Shown here one piece after another: positions 60,401 to 64,000 of a stretch of DNA of 64,000 nt. The position numbers and the translations under genes were made by a program. The number at the start of each line of letters is the position of its first letter. The first letter of the stretch is position 1. The DNA is from Amoebophrya sp. A120 (Eukaryota > Protista > Dinoflagellata). The stretch is from NCBI GenBank assembly GCA_905178155.1, contig CAJINV010000006.1, positions 1,427,876 through 1,491,875 of the forward strand. The letters are read 5' to 3'. Under the pieces are notes generated by a model. The model ran no database searches, was not told the origin of the DNA, and worked only from the letters and a program-made list of their open reading frames with translations.

Positions 60401-63400
60401 AGCAAATATCAAGACGCATCGTCGGCGGAGAACGAAGAGCCCCAGGTGGAACCGGTTCTTGGCCAGAACAGGAACAAAATGAACCCAACAACAGGTGGCG
60501 AAGTAGATGAAGATGATGATTGTCACCCCTCTACTACCTCGTCGGAAGATTCGGTGACAGCGGCTGTGCGGAGGTTGAAAGACGTAGATGAAGATCGAAA
60601 CAGATCATCAACTACGGAGGAAGATACTGCCATGTTGGCCATGCAGAACGTAGATACAGTGGTTTGGTTGTCACCTTTCGGAAGCTGCTGTAGCAGTTGC
60701 GGTAGTACAACAACTATCAGCACCTTCTGCCGCCGTGTGGCAAACTCGTTCCGCAACAATTTCCTCTACACCCTTTTCACGGACCGAACCACCTACGTGT
60801 TGATAAAAATTTTCAACACGAAGAAAAAATCTTCTGGAACAACTACCTGGGGCACCCTTGCGACCGCGCATGACAGGAATAGTTTCTGTGAAACAAAAAA
60901 CGCATTCCAAATGAACGTCTTTTCGCAGTTACACAGACTTACCATGTGCTGTCTCGTTGTGCTTCTGATCGCATGGGGTTGGGGCTACTTTTTGGGGCTG
61001 CAGCAGCTGTTTCATTTTTCGACAACTTCATCTACCGACCATGCGGTCGTGCAGCAGGACGAAACAAGTCAATCCTCTTCTCCCCCTGGAAGATCTGATT
61101 TTTACAGTTCCCTTGCGATCCTTTTCGTGCTGGAGTGGGTCTTTCTCACACTTCTCTCCCCGGTTCTGGGTCTTGTGACCTCGCTGGTTCCGGTTTACGC
61201 GGTAAATGCGAGTTTGGTTTTCGACGGCGCATTTCTGTCGAACGAACGCCTGTTCCCATACCGATACCACGCCAACGACCAGAATGACACCGCATCATCA
61301 AACGGCGCCGCTGCCTTGTACGTGGTGGTGGCCCAAAACGCTTTACTCGCGTTGGTCTTCAATTTCATCCTCCGAGCGGCCCTACACCTGACACTGACGA
61401 AAATCCATATTGTGAGGAGATACCTGTCTGTTGGAGCTTACCACGTGATTTACCAAGTTTTACTTTTCCGGCCGAACAGATTCGAGACGTTTTGGAGACA
61501 GTGGGACCAAATTTTGGACAGATTGGTGGAGGAGGAGGAAGAGAGGTTGGTCGTTTTGGCACAAATAAACTACAGCGACTTCTACAACCCAGAGAATTCT
61601 TGTTCAGCATCTGATAGAATTTCTCCTGATGCGCCAGCGCCACAACTTCTGCTCACACAAAACTACAAATCCGTCCTTCTTCTCTGTCCCTACGGAATCC
61701 GGGCAATGTTGCAAGGCAGAAGGGAAAATTTATTTTCCTGTGCGACCGCATCTAGAACAAAGACAAACTACCTCACATTTTTCCCAGCTGTTCTGGTCGG
61801 AACTTGTTTAGGGTTCTTTTCGACCACTTGGATGCGCGAAGACCTGCAATTTGATGACACGATCTTGGACACTCCGGGCTGGCAACTACTCAACAGCACA
61901 CTCTCGAATCTTCTTCTCACCACCTACTTCGTCATCGCGCCGGGATATTTTTTCCTCTCCCTCGTCGCAAGAGTAGCAGTTGGGGGTCAGAGCGACCTGC
62001 TCACATCAACTTCATCTTCATCTTGTGTTGCAGGAACGCCAGGAGCTCCACATCGTCGTCCTCTTTCCACCCTCTACGAACGCCTCTTCCTGATCCCGAG
62101 AAGCGATTGTGACTCGATTGACTTGGACTACGAACTTCACGAACAGAAGACGCTCAAACTGTTGGAAAACGCGCTGCTTGAAAAGTTGATGCCGGTTCAG
62201 TACCGAACCTGTCTGGTGCTAGGTTCGAGTTGCGTCGCGATTGGGTTTTGGGGGTTGGTTTTGGCGTTGTTGGTTTCGAGCTTCCTCTTTATTGTCCATC
62301 CCTCAGCAGGTGGAGCGTCGTCGGGTTGTGCGCTACTTGCTGCCGAAAACGAAGAGGATCAAGAGGAACAACATCTGCTCTCATCTGGAAAGATGATTTT
62401 CCAGCCTTTGTTCGCAGTACCAATTTTCCTTCTCTGCATCGGCAACATTCTCTGTGCGATTTTTTACCGAAAAAAGCGGCTTTTAACCAAGAACGCGGTC
62501 GAAACGAGAAGACACAACATGCGGGAAGGGAATATTAAACGCGTGTCTATGACGGTGTCGGAGGAAGATATTGGGAGGTTCGGATACCCCTTGATAGCTG
62601 AAGATAGCAGCAGCAGCAGTCGCACCGGACTGCTGTCTGATAAACCTCGTGCGGGTCGTGACTGCATCACAATGGAATCGAAATCGAAAACTGCGACATC
62701 CGTACTACTGGCTGTTGGCTGCACAGTAGGAGTCAAAAGCGGATCAATCCAGGGCGGAGGGGGTAGTAGTTCATCTGGAGAACAACGACGAGACTACAGT
62801 CCGGGGACGAGAGGCGGGAGACATACAGACCAATCCACAGAAAATACGACGCCGTCGTCTACTGAGATAAACAAATCAGAAAGAACTACTACATCAGGCA
62901 GTGAAGTAGATGCTTCTTCGGATAGGAGTCCAAGCAGTGACGCAACAAGCAGCAGCTCCGCGGGCCGTCGGACAAGCCGCGGACGCCCAACAGCACGAGG
63001 ACTTTCACACAAGCGAAGGAGTAGCTCTAGTTCTCGTGTCGTGGTCACCAGCAATAAACATCGTACTATTACCAAGCACCCAAAGAACGAGAAGTTTCTC
63101 GCTTCGAGGTTTGTCACCGAGTTCTTGAACGTACGCGGGGGTACGACAAGAAGTGGAACGACCCGCGGTGGCACAAAGGATTATAGAGGAGCCACCGTTA
63201 ATACAGCAAGCTACAACTTGTCTTCCACGCGTCGAAACGAACGGAGGCAGGGTTTTTCAGCAAGTACTACATCTCCCTCTTGTCGTCCCTCCTTCCACCT
63301 GAAAAAAAGCCCACTTCTTTCCCTTCAATTCAACCCGATTTCCCTGACGTTCGAAATCGCAGACACGAGTTCGCCGCATTTCATCCACATCGGCCAGAGG

Positions 63401-64000
63401 CTTGTGGGGTATTTAGATTACAACGAGGAGAGCGAGGAGTACCTGAAATTGCAACGGGCAAAGCACAAGGACTTCGACAAACGGCAGCCTTCCAAGAAAA
63501 ACCCGCGCGGAAAGAAATTTTTTCAGTCCGCGGACCTGTTCTTGACCGATTTGAGCTTGGACAGGCGGGAAAGTAGTGCCGCTGTGGATCATGCCACGTC
63601 GAGGACTTCCAATGTTAACACCACCAGTTCATCTTCGACCGAGCAAAGATATACGGAGCACGCGTACAGGGAAGAAGATGGGTCTTGGTTAGTAGAGAAA
63701 AGGGCGAGGGAGTTTTTAGCCATGCGCCGGAGCTGTGAGTTGAAAACGAAAAGAGTTTCCACTGAAACCATTCAAACAACCACCACCACGCCGCCGAGAG
63801 TCGTGGGAACCACAATTGGTGCTGGGGCGGTTTTGTCGCTGCCTCCAGTGCATCAACAACATTCAGCTGCTGCGTTCTTGACCACGACAAGTAGCACAGA
63901 GCAGCAGCAGGCCGATGCAGCTGTGCTCCACCTTCCACAACAAGCCACCGTAGCAGCTCGGGGAAGCACCAGCAGCTCCGTGTTGGAGCTGAAAATTCCA
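57483..64000 (+). CDS. Large multi-pass membrane protein, 2 introners, runs off the window end
   Basis: Junctions IFK|SRMA and TLF|RAVV. The frame starting at 60188 was open at every spot-check to 64000 and is missing from the ORF track, consistent with having no stop. Many hydrophobic segments. Confidence 0.72.
58914..59064. mobile_element. Introner family B
   Basis: TSD tcaaa. Confidence 0.95.
59901..60182. mobile_element. Introner family D (inverted relative to the 34671 copy)
   Basis: TSD tgttc. Confidence 0.92.

Noticed and set aside
1-64000. rRNA, tRNA, spliced-leader relics or an autonomous transposase
   Set aside because: None recognised by eye. A covariance-model and profile search would be needed to exclude them.

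Overview
Gene-dense eukaryotic DNA in which every gene I could reconstruct lies on the + strand. The main feature is 54 short (116-344 bp) non-autonomous terminal-inverted-repeat (TIR) elements from about 10 TIR families. Nearly all begin with TAT and end with ATA, are flanked by a 5-bp target-site duplication (TSD: 39 perfect, 11 with one mismatch, 4 eroded), and sit inside coding sequence. Removing element + one TSD restores the reading frame in each case, including in conserved genes (RPN7, TCF25/Rqc1-like, histidine phosphatase). They therefore appear to act as non-GT-AG introns ('introners'), alongside ordinary GT-AG introns. This matches the introner-rich genomes described for the parasitic dinoflagellate Amoebophrya (taxon is an inference). 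Four further points are visible in the sequence: (i) TSD mismatches place the splice junction inside the TSD; (ii) the same families occur in both orientations; (iii) a TGT(C/G/A)ATGC motif recurs in nearly all families and in most canonical introns; (iv) decayed copies keep the element+5 nt frame rule. Also present are a GC-hairpin/direct-repeat island (26.6-28.0 kb), a 93-bp satellite (~17.5 copies) and two related type-I surface-protein genes in tandem. Most short ORFs in the track are artefacts of the introner repeats. All gene models are manual and lack transcript support.
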